A DNA stretch of 50,781 nucleotides from a virus: IMG/VR virus record IMGVR_UViG_3300045988_030121, positions 1 through 50,781 of that record. The stretch is one strand, 5' to 3'. Below the pieces are notes generated by a model. It searched no databases. It had not been told where the DNA came from and saw nothing but the letters and a program-made list of their open reading frames with translations. Positions 24,019 through 32,857 of this stretch are shown here, piece by piece. Position numbers and translations under genes: made by a program. Numbering within the stretch: position 1 is the stretch's first letter; each line of letters opens with the position of its first letter.

Positions 24019-25214
24019 ACTACAATGGCATTGGTCTCAAAGTCCGTGATTTCATCAATGCAACCGGTGATGACGGGGAAATAATCGCCATTGTCGGCAT
24101 AATCATGCGTGATGGTGATTTCTTCGCCCTCGATGTCATAGTCCACATTTCCGTCACCCCAATAGACATTCACCATCTTGGCCGTTGTCATGGTGATTGT
24201 GCATGTCTTTGTCGCATCGGATATGCGGATGTGCTTCAAAATGCGCTTGACAGGCTCCGGCTCAATCAACTTCAATTGGAATGTTCCCACCATCAGGGCA
24301 TCATTCCATGTCTTTGAGACATCAATGACATCCTGACAATAGACCTCATAAATTAGGGGCTTGACCGGGTGAACTTCAATGGAAAGGCGATTCGTACCTT
24401 TCTTGTCGAAAAGTTGTTGGAATCTGGACACCATGACGATGAAGTCATTTTTGTTGTCGGCCTTGATGAAGCAATCAAGGATGATTTCACGCGGTTCAAG
24501 GTATTTATGCTGCAAATCAACGGCCTTGCCGTGGTAATTGTCCCATGACAATTCCGCCGGGGTTTTCATCTTGGGCCTGTTCAAGATGCCGCGTGAACCG
24601 GAAACAAAGACACCGTATTCCTTGAAATCCACGCCATCAATCTTGTATGCCTGTTGCTTGCTTGTGGAAAGTTCATCAATGATTTCCGCTTGCGACAAGG
24701 CGATGTTGTAAATCTTTACATCATCAAGCAAGCAAAGGCCATATTCGCCGCCATAATAGTCTTGATTGAGTGATATGCCGTACAATGTCCCGGCGCGGGT
24801 GATGGTCGCAACCTCGGATGAATTGACATAGAAAGTGAAAGTGTTGTTCCTGCGTGTCATGGCAAGGGAATACCACGCACCCGGCTTCAATTCAATGGGG
24901 ACTTCGACAAAGTTTTCCGTGCCGCCAAAGTTAAGAACCCATATTCCCTTTGTGGGTGTTCCGGTCTCAACTTCAAGCGCTTGCACCCAAAAGAGCATTG
25001 AAAACTCCGCACCGCCGATTGTGGCAAAGATGTCCTTTGACAATTCGCAATATCCACCATCGCCCTTGAATGCAATGGCGTTGCCATTCTTTCCGGCCAC
25101 GAAATCCGCGCCAATGACATTCCCATCCGCACGGCTTCGACTGTAATCGTAAGCGACCAAAGAACCCGCGCTTTCATCGAATGGAAGATTTAAGATGATA
25201 TTATTTGAGTTCAT
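24003..25214 (-). CDS. Distal tail protein (Dit-like) with an N-terminal LamG/concanavalin-like lectin domain
   Basis: The N-terminal part (GKNGNAIAFKGDGGYCEL...WYSLAMTRRNNTFTFYVNS...LLDDVKIYNIALS) is LamG-like. The C-terminal 200 aa resemble siphovirus tail (Dit) proteins. The position after the TMP fits. Confidence 0.65.
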   Translation of the reverse strand: MNSNNIILNLPFDESAGSLVAYDYSRSRADGNVIGADFVAGKNGNAIAFKGDGGYCELSKDIFATIGGAEFSMLFWVQALEVETGTPTKGIWVLNFGGTENFVEVPIELKPGAWYSLAMTRRNNTFTFYVNSSEVATITRAGTLYGISLNQDYYGGEYGLCLLDDVKIYNIALSQAEIIDELSTSKQQAYKIDGVDFKEYGVFVSGSRGILNRPKMKTPAELSWDNYHGKAVDLQHKYLEPREIILDCFIKADNKNDFIVMVSRFQQLFDKKGTNRLSIEVHPVKPLIYEVYCQDVIDVSKTWNDALMVGTFQLKLIEPEPVKRILKHIRISDATKTCTITMTTAKMVNVYWGDGNVDYDIEGEEITITHDYADNGDYFPVITGCIDEITDFETNAIVVWSKL

Positions 25215-25215
25215 T

Positions 25216-25725
25216 TCAATAAGTCTTTTTATGTTTCTCTCTTACTTTGATTTGGGCTTCATCCGCACACTCGGAACGGATTTCGCCACCGTAACGATTC
25301 ACGCACACTTTTGCCCGGTCATGTGCATGGATTTCAAGGATGGTTTCATCAAACACATCCACCATGACAAAGGCATTCCCGGATGCCGTAAGGTCAAGGA
25401 TGGAATCATGCTTGACGAAAATTTCAGCCACATTGTAGCCGTCAATCTGAACCTTGCCGTGACTTGCCCCAAGAAGCACGATTTTAGGCCGATTCATGGC
25501 TTCAAACGAGTTGTTAAGATAAATCCCCCAATCATTGATAATATCCCCGAAATCGGCTGCGATAACGGCATTTTCAGGAAAGTCCTTTGATAGACAGAAA
25601 TCAATGTTTTCAAGGTAAAGATTCACCATGTCATTGCGGTCGGTCATCCCGGCCAGCTTGTCAAGGCCGGCCCGACATGCATCTTGCCGGGCGGCCATCC
25701 TCAAAAGTTTCTGTTCAATCCTCAT
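25216..25725 (-). CDS. Hypothetical protein between TMP and Dit
   Basis: 169-aa ORF with an ATG start, tightly packed. Confidence 0.55.
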   Translation of the reverse strand: MRIEQKLLRMAARQDACRAGLDKLAGMTDRNDMVNLYLENIDFCLSKDFPENAVIAADFGDIINDWGIYLNNSFEAMNRPKIVLLGASHGKVQIDGYNVAEIFVKHDSILDLTASGNAFVMVDVFDETILEIHAHDRAKVCVNRYGGEIRSECADEAQIKVREKHKKTY

Positions 25726-25734
25726 ATCCTTGAA

Positions 25735-28700
25735 TTAAGAAAGGCCCTGTGCCCTCATTGTCCCATCGGCCCCCATGCTTTCAAGCAAGGAAACAACCCG
25801 GTCAAGTTTGGCAAGGTGATAGTTGTATGATGTATTGTTCGCAATCTGATTCAAGGACATGAGCTGTTGCCGCATCACTTCCACGGCTTCCACCTGATTG
25901 ACCCTGATGGCATTGAGTTGCCCGGCAACGATGTTCGCGGTTTCCTCGGTCACACCCTTGACCGCTCCTGAAAGGGAATCTTCCGTTTCTTCCTCGCCGG
26001 TCAAGTCCTTGAACAAATCCTTGTACACCTCCATCGCTTGCATGTAGCCGTTTTTCGCGGCCGCAACCTTGTTCTTGAATTGGTCAATCTCATAGTCCGT
26101 CAGGCCGTCAAAGACAAATTCATCACCGTTCCAATAGCCCATTGACCTTTGCAATTGGTCAAGTGCGTCTTGCAATTGCTGTTCAAGGAAGTTCTTTTTA
26201 AGCTGGTTGATGATAGCATTCTTCAAGACATCATTGACGGTTTCTTCAAAGGCTTTGGAAGCATCCTCGCCCTTTTCAAAGGCTTCCGCAAGGGCATCGC
26301 CCAATTCTTCGGCAAAACTCTTTGCATCGGTCTGCACGATGTCATTGGCGATTTCCTCATACATGTCCGCGATTTGCCTTTCAAGTTCGGCATATTGCTC
26401 CTTGTAGTCCCTCACCTTGTCGGAATCGGTCTTTTTCTTGTCCTCTTCGGCTTTCCACATCTTTTCAAGATATGCTTGTTGTTGCTGCATGTTCTTGATT
26501 GCAGCCTGTTGGCTCTTATAGACCTGACCTCCCAAAGCCTTGTCAATTTCCCATGACAATTGCGCATAGGCGTTTTTGAGGTCATCCACCGCGCCTTTCC
26601 ACTTTTCAATCTGCTTTTCCAACTTGGCATCCTGATTCCCCACAATGGACTTCACCACATTGACAACGGCCTGAACAACCACCAATGCGGCTTGGATGAT
26701 GGCAAGGATTACACTTGACTTTTCGGCCGTCTTGATGGCCGTGGCAACGGCAATGGATGTTGCCGCCACCGATGCCATTGAAGAAATGGCCGTTGAACCC
26801 ACATCGCCGATGGCATCTTTCAGGAAGTCACAAGAATTGACCGCATCCAACACGAATTGGAATGATGCTTCCGTGCTTTCGCCAAGTTTCTTCCAATTCT
26901 TCTTGATTTGGTCGGCCGAATCCTTTGAATCATCCCCGGCATCCTTGAAGATGGCTTTCAGGCTTGCCCCAAGTTGCTTGAACGGGTTATCCTGCATCAA
27001 GACCATCCGGGCTTCATTCAGCTTTTCCCGGACTTGCTGCAAGTCAATGGGATTGAACACGCCTGACAATTCTTCAAAATTGCTTTCAATCTCTTGAATG
27101 AGGGTTTCAATCTCCGATGCCGTCAATTCATCCAAGTTGCTGAAAAGGTTAGTCCAGATTTCCGAACCGGTCAATTCGGATGTTGCAAGGGCGGAAATGG
27201 CTTTGGCTTGGGCTTCATTGAGTTTCTCAATCATGGCCGTGTTGCCCTGTTCCGTAGCGATACGGCGCTTTTCATCATATTCATCAATGATGGCTTGTTT
27301 GCGTTGCTCAAATGAGCCGTATTCGCTCAACATGGCATCATAATCGGCATTCCCCGAGCCTTTCGTGTTCTGTTGGTATTGGCGTTGCCGGTTTGCGATG
27401 GCATCGTCAATGGCTTTCCTTTCGTCATCCGTTTGGGCGGCAAGACGGGCTTTATTGAGGATTTCAAGGTCTGCGAAATACTTTTCATCAATGGCCTTGC
27501 GCTGCGCGGCATAGCCGGCATATTCTTCAAGCAATGCGGCCGTGTCCTGAGCAAGTTTCTCTTTGGCGGATTTTTCGGCATTGTCAAGGGCTTCACCCTT
27601 TTCATTGTCCACATCGGTTCCATCATTGGCCAATTCCTTGCGCCTTTGCTCAATGATGTTGAGCATTTCAATGGCCGTCTTTGCGTTGGAAAGGGCATCA
27701 TTCAATTCGGTGTTGAATGATTCAAGCACGGTCTTTTTCGTTTCTTCCGCGATGGCATCATTGAGCGCCCGCAATTGGTTGTTTTGCGCCTTTGTGCGGT
27801 TCGCCACATCCACTTCAAGAATCAAATCCCTTTGGCGTTTCAGATAGTCAATGTATGTCGAACCCTCTTTGAGCAACCCGGCAAATTCCTGATTGGCAGC
27901 TTTGACAAGGATGGCATCACCCGAATTGACCCACTTTGTGAATCGCTGGTATTCGGAACGCATCTTGTCAAGTTTCTCTTTGAACGGGTCTTTTGATGCC
28001 CCCGATGTCTTGGGTGCGCCTGTGATGGCTGAAAGTTGCTTTTGCAAATCTTCCAACTCTTTCATGCCGGCCTTGTAATCGGCCGCGTTGGTAAGAAGTT
28101 TCAAGGCCGCTTGCTTCTTTGCGATGGCCTGTTCAATCGCCCCCACCGTACCATCGGCATAAGAGTTCGCGGCATCAATGCCGGCCTTTTTTAGCAAGTC
28201 AAGCCCCTCGGATTCGGCATTGGCCGCATTCGAATATCCGGTAGTTATTTCGGCCCTCAATTCTTCAATCTGCTTCTTGACTTTCGCCTTTGCCGAATTG
28301 TCCACCTCAATGGCAATTGAACCACCGAAACTTCCACCCGGCGTGAATGTGGTTACACGGTCAGGCATGGAATTGTACTTTTGCTCCAATTCCATCAATT
28401 GCTTGACCTTTGCTTGAGCCTGGTCGAAATATACCATTGAACGCGCTTTTGCAATCTGTGCATCAATGAATGCTTGGGTATTGGCAACAAGCAAGTTTTC
28501 AGCATCCGTCACGCCATTGACTGATACCCCCAATTCTTCAAAGGATTTCTTGTTATGCTCAATAAACTTTTGCTTTTCTTCAAGATTATCCCCAAGTTCA
28601 TTCCACGCGGTTGAAAGTGCCTGAACTCGCCCAATTGGTTTGTATGCATTCTCAATCATGGACTTGGAAAATTCCTCTTGGGCTTTCTTGGCTTCACGGG

Positions 28701-29895
28701 CTTTCTTGGAGAAAAGGGAAATTGCACTGACCAAAGCACCGATTCCGGCAGCAATCCACCCGAATACCGGGATGGACTTGATGGCAACGCCCACGGCCCT
28801 GAATGCCCCCGCAAGGGTCAAGTTTGCGGCCGTTCCCGCCACCGCCGCACCGGTTTCTGCCGCTTGTGCCGTGGCTTCAACACCCGATGCCACCGCCGCG
28901 CCTTTGGATGCCGCGGTCTTGGCGGTCTTGGCAGCCGTTGCCGCACCCGTGGCTGTTGCATTGGCCGTTTCTGCGGCCGTCTCCGCAACCGTGGCTTGGG
29001 TTTCCGCTATCTCCGCACCTGTGGCGGCCGCCACCATCTTCGCCCAAATGTCTTTCAGACCATTGAGGGTGACAAGCTGAAATGCGGAATCCTTATTCAA
29101 GGTCTGTTGCACTTGCTGTAATCCCACGGTGATTGCCATGAGGGATTGCACTTTCAACATGACCTTTTGGATGTTCTCATTCTCCGTGCCAAAAAGAGAC
29201 AATGCACCCTGTGCGGCCGATGCCGCCCCGGAAACGCCCGAAAATGCAGAAATCAAGCCCTGCATTCCCCTTTGGTCATGGGCAAGGATATTCGCCTGTG
29301 CGGTCGCATCGGAATATGCATCAGTAAGCCGCCCCACTTCTTCCTGCAATGCCTTGTATTCGGCCGTTCCGCGTTGCCCGGCCATTTCCATTGCAATCAT
29401 TTCTTCACGCAATTCACGGATTTTTGTGCGCAAAGTTGTGTGCTTTTCACCGGCTTTCACGGCTTCATTGCTCGATTGCTCGATGTGGGTTGCATAGGTT
29501 TCAAGTTCATCAGATGCACGGCGGTAATCCCGCAACATATTTTCGTGCATTGTGATTGACCCCCTGATGGCCGCCTGTTCGTCCTGTAATGCCCTTACTT
29601 CATCGTCACGCCCCTCGGACAATGCTTTTCCTATCTTTGCTCCCAAAGTGTCATATTTGGCTTGCAATTGGGCAATTTCGGCTTCGTGTGATGCACATGC
29701 ATCACCAATTTGGGAAAGGGCTTGTCGGATGCTGTTCGCCGTCCCATCAAAGGCGGCATCAATGGCTGCACCCCCGGCAACGGTTGCATCGGAGAATCCT
29801 TGAACACGGCGCAAAGTTTCCTCAATTGCCGCATCCATCTGTTCATTGTCCATCGTTGATTTGAACGAAAGACCATTGCCCGAAATATCGCTCAT
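25735..29895 (-). CDS. Tape measure protein
   Basis: 1386 aa. Long coiled-coil Ala/Glu/Lys-rich sequence with a central hydrophobic Ala/Gly-rich segment. Lies between the chaperone pair and Dit. Confidence 0.9.
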   Translation of the reverse strand: MSDISGNGLSFKSTMDNEQMDAAIEETLRRVQGFSDATVAGGAAIDAAFDGTANSIRQALSQIGDACASHEAEIAQLQAKYDTLGAKIGKALSEGRDDEVRALQDEQAAIRGSITMHENMLRDYRRASDELETYATHIEQSSNEAVKAGEKHTTLRTKIRELREEMIAMEMAGQRGTAEYKALQEEVGRLTDAYSDATAQANILAHDQRGMQGLISAFSGVSGAASAAQGALSLFGTENENIQKVMLKVQSLMAITVGLQQVQQTLNKDSAFQLVTLNGLKDIWAKMVAAATGAEIAETQATVAETAAETANATATGAATAAKTAKTAASKGAAVASGVEATAQAAETGAAVAGTAANLTLAGAFRAVGVAIKSIPVFGWIAAGIGALVSAISLFSKKAREAKKAQEEFSKSMIENAYKPIGRVQALSTAWNELGDNLEEKQKFIEHNKKSFEELGVSVNGVTDAENLLVANTQAFIDAQIAKARSMVYFDQAQAKVKQLMELEQKYNSMPDRVTTFTPGGSFGGSIAIEVDNSAKAKVKKQIEELRAEITTGYSNAANAESEGLDLLKKAGIDAANSYADGTVGAIEQAIAKKQAALKLLTNAADYKAGMKELEDLQKQLSAITGAPKTSGASKDPFKEKLDKMRSEYQRFTKWVNSGDAILVKAANQEFAGLLKEGSTYIDYLKRQRDLILEVDVANRTKAQNNQLRALNDAIAEETKKTVLESFNTELNDALSNAKTAIEMLNIIEQRRKELANDGTDVDNEKGEALDNAEKSAKEKLAQDTAALLEEYAGYAAQRKAIDEKYFADLEILNKARLAAQTDDERKAIDDAIANRQRQYQQNTKGSGNADYDAMLSEYGSFEQRKQAIIDEYDEKRRIATEQGNTAMIEKLNEAQAKAISALATSELTGSEIWTNLFSNLDELTASEIETLIQEIESNFEELSGVFNPIDLQQVREKLNEARMVLMQDNPFKQLGASLKAIFKDAGDDSKDSADQIKKNWKKLGESTEASFQFVLDAVNSCDFLKDAIGDVGSTAISSMASVAATSIAVATAIKTAEKSSVILAIIQAALVVVQAVVNVVKSIVGNQDAKLEKQIEKWKGAVDDLKNAYAQLSWEIDKALGGQVYKSQQAAIKNMQQQQAYLEKMWKAEEDKKKTDSDKVRDYKEQYAELERQIADMYEEIANDIVQTDAKSFAEELGDALAEAFEKGEDASKAFEETVNDVLKNAIINQLKKNFLEQQLQDALDQLQRSMGYWNGDEFVFDGLTDYEIDQFKNKVAAAKNGYMQAMEVYKDLFKDLTGEEETEDSLSGAVKGVTEETANIVAGQLNAIRVNQVEAVEVMRQQLMSLNQIANNTSYNYHLAKLDRVVSLLESMGADGTMRAQGLS

Positions 29896-29896
29896 A

Positions 29897-30199
29897 TTAC
29901 ATCAGACTATTAACATAGTTCATAATATCTTCACTATTCTCGGAAGTGAGTTGGATGACTTCATCGTCTTTGCCCCCTTCAATGTCATAACTTGGCGCAT
30001 CAACCATCATCCTTTCCACCACCGACCACGGAATGCCGTGCATCAGGTAATCATAAGTCCATCCGAAATGTGCGCAAATCGCACCCCTGCGACCGTGTGG
30101 ACTATTTAGACCCCTTTGTTTTCCTCTATCCGAATCGGCATCGTGGTTCGGTCGCTTGACATCAATCGAATAGAGTTCGTAAAATCCCCCAAATTGCAC
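29897..30199 (-). CDS. Tail assembly chaperone -1 frame extension (gpT-like part of a putative G/GT pair)
   Basis: This ORF is in the -1 frame relative to 30106..30678 and overlaps it by 94 nt. It ends 1 nt before the TMP start. The track start is a GTG, with no independent ATG. Confidence 0.45.
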   Translation of the reverse strand: MQFGGFYELYSIDVKRPNHDADSDRGKQRGLNSPHGRRGAICAHFGWTYDYLMHGIPWSVVERMMVDAPSYDIEGGKDDEVIQLTSENSEDIMNYVNSLM

Positions 30200-30678
30200 A
30201 TGGCGTTGATAAGGATGGTCATCTGATACAGCTTTGAGGGCTTGATGTTCCGTGCGAAAAGCCGCGTCAATTCATCAAGTCTTTCTGTATCTTCAACCCA
30301 CTTCACGCCACCACCTCTTGCGGGTTTGGGGATTTCCCTTTCTTCACCCAACGCGGCAATAGCCACGATTCGGGCAAAGCGGATGGAATGGTCATGCACA
30401 AGCCTCCTTGACCTTTCAAGGGCATCTGTGGACTTCATGGCCGCTTCATCAAGGGCAAATTCAATCCATTCCGCGGAAAGCCTGTCAAGGGTTGAAAGTG
30501 TCGGTTCCACAATCTTGAAAGACCTGGTGACATTCTTGCGCTTGTGTTTCTTCACAAGGCCGAAAAACCGCTTTTCGACCTCAAATTCAACATCGTGAAC
30601 GGAGAAATCAACGCCCTTTCCAATCAGGGCATTCAATTCATCCTTTTCCTGTTGCAACTTCTTTATATCTTCATCCAT
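30106..30678 (-). CDS. Tail assembly chaperone (gpG-like)
   Basis: 190 aa and acidic. Positioned between the major tail protein and the TMP. Confidence 0.6.
   Translation of the reverse strand: MDEDIKKLQQEKDELNALIGKGVDFSVHDVEFEVEKRFFGLVKKHKRKNVTRSFKIVEPTLSTLDRLSAEWIEFALDEAAMKSTDALERSRRLVHDHSIRFARIVAIAALGEEREIPKPARGGGVKWVEDTERLDELTRLFARNIKPSKLYQMTILINAMCNLGDFTNSIRLMSSDRTTMPIRIEENKGV
30187..30193 (-). other. Candidate -1 slippery heptamer T TTG GGG
   Basis: In the zero frame of 30106..30678 (AAT TTG GGG GAT). After a -1 slip the codons read TTT GGG in the frame of 29897..30199. Confidence 0.35.
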
Positions 30679-30695
30679 CTTTCCTTGATATTAAA

Positions 30696-30729
30696 GAAGC
30701 CCCCAAAGCAATGATTGCCCGGGGGCTTC
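30696..30729 (-). terminator. Hairpin after the major tail protein gene (9-bp stem GAAGCCCCC/GGGGGCTTC)
   Basis: Inverted repeat read directly. Followed on the minus strand by TTTAAT. Probably a partial terminator or RNA stabiliser. Confidence 0.4.
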
Positions 30730-30755
30730 GGGTTTCGATAAAGTACCCCGACAAT

Positions 30756-31262
30756 TTATTCCGTGGTAGTATGAGGAACGCCACGAATCGCCTTGCCGGA
30801 AGTTACCGCACAAGGGGTGACGGTGAAATCCACAAGGAAGATGCCCTTTGCGGACATGTCAGCGTTGATGACGGCTTCGATGTCCCCGTTGGGAATCTCA
30901 AAGTCAAGTCCCTGTTCCGATTCGACCTTGACGGCCTTGTTTGCGACAACTTCATCACCGGAATAACCCCACTTCGGGGCATCGGATGTGCCGACATTCT
31001 CACCGCCGATGTAATCAATCAGGAACTGAACATCAGCATCCATGATGGAGAAAGTGAGAACCGGAATCTTTTTGGACTTCTTGCGCACTTCGGGGGCGGC
31101 TTTGCCCTCCTCATAATGCTCCGTCACCTCGGCGGCATCCTGCGCAATCTTGCAAGTGTCCTTGTAGGTCTTGCCTATTTTGGTCAGTTCGGCGGGCATC
31201 GTGCCATTTGCGGCCGCTGCTCCCACCTTAATCTGCGATAAACCAAGAGTAATGAGTGACAT
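30756..31262 (-). CDS. Major tail protein
   Basis: 168 aa. Position is upstream of the chaperone pair and it is followed by a hairpin. The N-terminus MSLITLGLSQIKVG... resembles siphovirus major tail proteins. Confidence 0.7.
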   Translation of the reverse strand: MSLITLGLSQIKVGAAAANGTMPAELTKIGKTYKDTCKIAQDAAEVTEHYEEGKAAPEVRKKSKKIPVLTFSIMDADVQFLIDYIGGENVGTSDAPKWGYSGDEVVANKAVKVESEQGLDFEIPNGDIEAVINADMSAKGIFLVDFTVTPCAVTSGKAIRGVPHTTTE

Positions 31263-31268
31263 AGTATT

Positions 31269-31673
31269 TTAATCGTTTTGAATGTTCCAATCCACGCGGA
31301 TGTTTGAAAAGTGTTGTTTCATGTTCGGCTCATTCATCATGGTGTGGTTCATCACCACGATTTTCAAGCCCTCAATGCGTGATTCACGCACAAGTGCAAG
31401 AACTTCATCCGTGATGGCTTTGAGCCTTTGCCGATTGGCTTGAATTTGCATCTTTCCACCGATTTTCACCTCAATGTCGGGGACATAGACATTGATATTG
31501 GATGTCCCGATTTGCGGCAAGGCATCTTGCCCCAAATCAATTGAGTTCACAACAATATCTTCTTTCTCCGAATTATCCGGCCTGTCATCTTCGACATACA
31601 CGCCGCCATTGGCGGATGTATTGCCGTGTAGCAAGCGGAAAAGGATTCCATTGGTATCAAATGCCGTTTTCAT
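31269..31673 (-). CDS. Tail terminator / tail completion protein (by position)
   Basis: 134 aa, directly upstream of the major tail protein gene. ATGA-type overlap with the upstream gene. Confidence 0.45.
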   Translation of the reverse strand: MKTAFDTNGILFRLLHGNTSANGGVYVEDDRPDNSEKEDIVVNSIDLGQDALPQIGTSNINVYVPDIEVKIGGKMQIQANRQRLKAITDEVLALVRESRIEGLKIVVMNHTMMNEPNMKQHFSNIRVDWNIQND

Positions 31674-32158
31674 TCGACCGCGTTTTTAATGTTTTTGACA
31701 AGCTGTTCCAACATCCGGGGCAATTCCTTTTCTGCAAGATGTTCCGCCCCCGTCAGGACATCCCGGCCTTTGCTTTCGACATATTGGGCATAATTCATCC
31801 CCGCAACGCACACAAGGCAAACGCCCGTTGTTTGCTCCCCGATTTGTCTGCAAAGTTCCTCTCCCACCTTGTTCCCGTTGTACACAATGCCATTGGAAAC
31901 TTCGGCTTTGGGCTGGACTTGCTCAAATGGGGATTGGTGAACCGCCACGCCATCCACAAAGACCATGTAACCGATTGATGACCGCAAGTTGCCGGTTTGG
32001 TCATGGAATCCGGTTTCGGGCGGCACACTCCGGGCATAGGCAACACACATTTCGCCAAGTTCTTGCAAGCGGGAAATCTGTTGCTTTTTGACAACATCAA
32101 GAAACGCATTCATTCGCCCCTTGACGGCATCCATTGAGAATGTGGGTGTTATAGCCAT
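31670..32158 (-). CDS. HK97 gp10-family head-tail joining protein
   Basis: FHDQTGNLRSSIGY matches the TGNLR.SI block of the HK97 gp10 family. Confidence 0.6.
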   Translation of the reverse strand: MAITPTFSMDAVKGRMNAFLDVVKKQQISRLQELGEMCVAYARSVPPETGFHDQTGNLRSSIGYMVFVDGVAVHQSPFEQVQPKAEVSNGIVYNGNKVGEELCRQIGEQTTGVCLVCVAGMNYAQYVESKGRDVLTGAEHLAEKELPRMLEQLVKNIKNAVE

Positions 32159-32487
32159 AGACGGGAATGCAATTGCCCGAAATCGAAATGCAAGACCGTC
32201 CCCATTATCCTGACATCATTGCCGTCCGCATCATTCGCCACCACTACCTTTGCACCATCATTGATTGGGGCAGTCCCTTTGGGAAGCTGAATCAACGCGG
32301 ATGCCTTGCGATATGTTCCACCGGCAACCTGATATTCAGCACCAGCGCCGCCGGTTTCTTCGCGGCATTTCGATACGAATTGCAATGAAGTCTGTGAAGC
32401 CGTCCAATTTCCGTTGTCATCCTGCACCGATTCGGCCGGGGCATCAATGACAAAAAGGAAATGCGGGTATTGCTGAATTATGGCCAT
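32149..32487 (-). CDS. Head-tail adaptor / head closure protein (by position)
   Basis: The ATG at 32487 follows the upstream stop codon. 112 aa. Confidence 0.45.
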   Translation of the reverse strand: MAIIQQYPHFLFVIDAPAESVQDDNGNWTASQTSLQFVSKCREETGGAGAEYQVAGGTYRKASALIQLPKGTAPINDGAKVVVANDADGNDVRIMGTVLHFDFGQLHSRLWL

Positions 32488-32488
32488 A

Positions 32489-32803
32489 TTACCACATGTT
32501 TGAACGGTCACGGATGACGGGACGGGCATTCAATACATTTTCAAGGCCGTATTCATTGCACAAGGCATTGTAATACATCTTTACCGCATCCATGTTCCAT
32601 GAAATCGAATAACCACCCTCGGAAATGTTCTGCTCCATCCCTTTCAGGACAACGGAAAACCTCTTGTGGACGGCCTTGTCACATGCTTCCACATCGGCGG
32701 TCGAATCGGCATCAATCTTGGCTTTGGCAATGATTATGTCAATGTCATCTTCCGAGACATTCAGCCCATTCAGGGACTTGGAAATATATTGTTTGTTTGT
32801 CAT
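32489..32803 (-). CDS. Head-tail connector protein (gp6-like, by position)
   Basis: 104 aa. First gene after the capsid gene terminator hairpin. Confidence 0.45.
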   Translation of the reverse strand: MTNKQYISKSLNGLNVSEDDIDIIIAKAKIDADSTADVEACDKAVHKRFSVVLKGMEQNISEGGYSISWNMDAVKMYYNALCNEYGLENVLNARPVIRDRSNMW

Positions 32804-32820
32804 GTCGGCATCAGGAATAA

Positions 32821-32852
32821 AGCCCGCGACAAGTAAGCACCGGCCGCGGGCT
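32821..32852 (-). terminator. Hairpin after the major capsid gene (8-bp stem AGCCCGCG/CGCGGGCT) followed by TTATT
   Basis: Inverted repeat read directly, 6 nt after the capsid gene stop codon. Confidence 0.45.
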
Positions 32853-32857
32853 GGATG

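Noticed and set aside
28640-29121. Ala/Pro/Arg-rich plus-strand ORFs of 87-147 aa
   Set aside because: They are antisense to the Ala-rich segment of the tape measure gene. GCN-rich codons keep the opposite strand open, so they are not credible genes.
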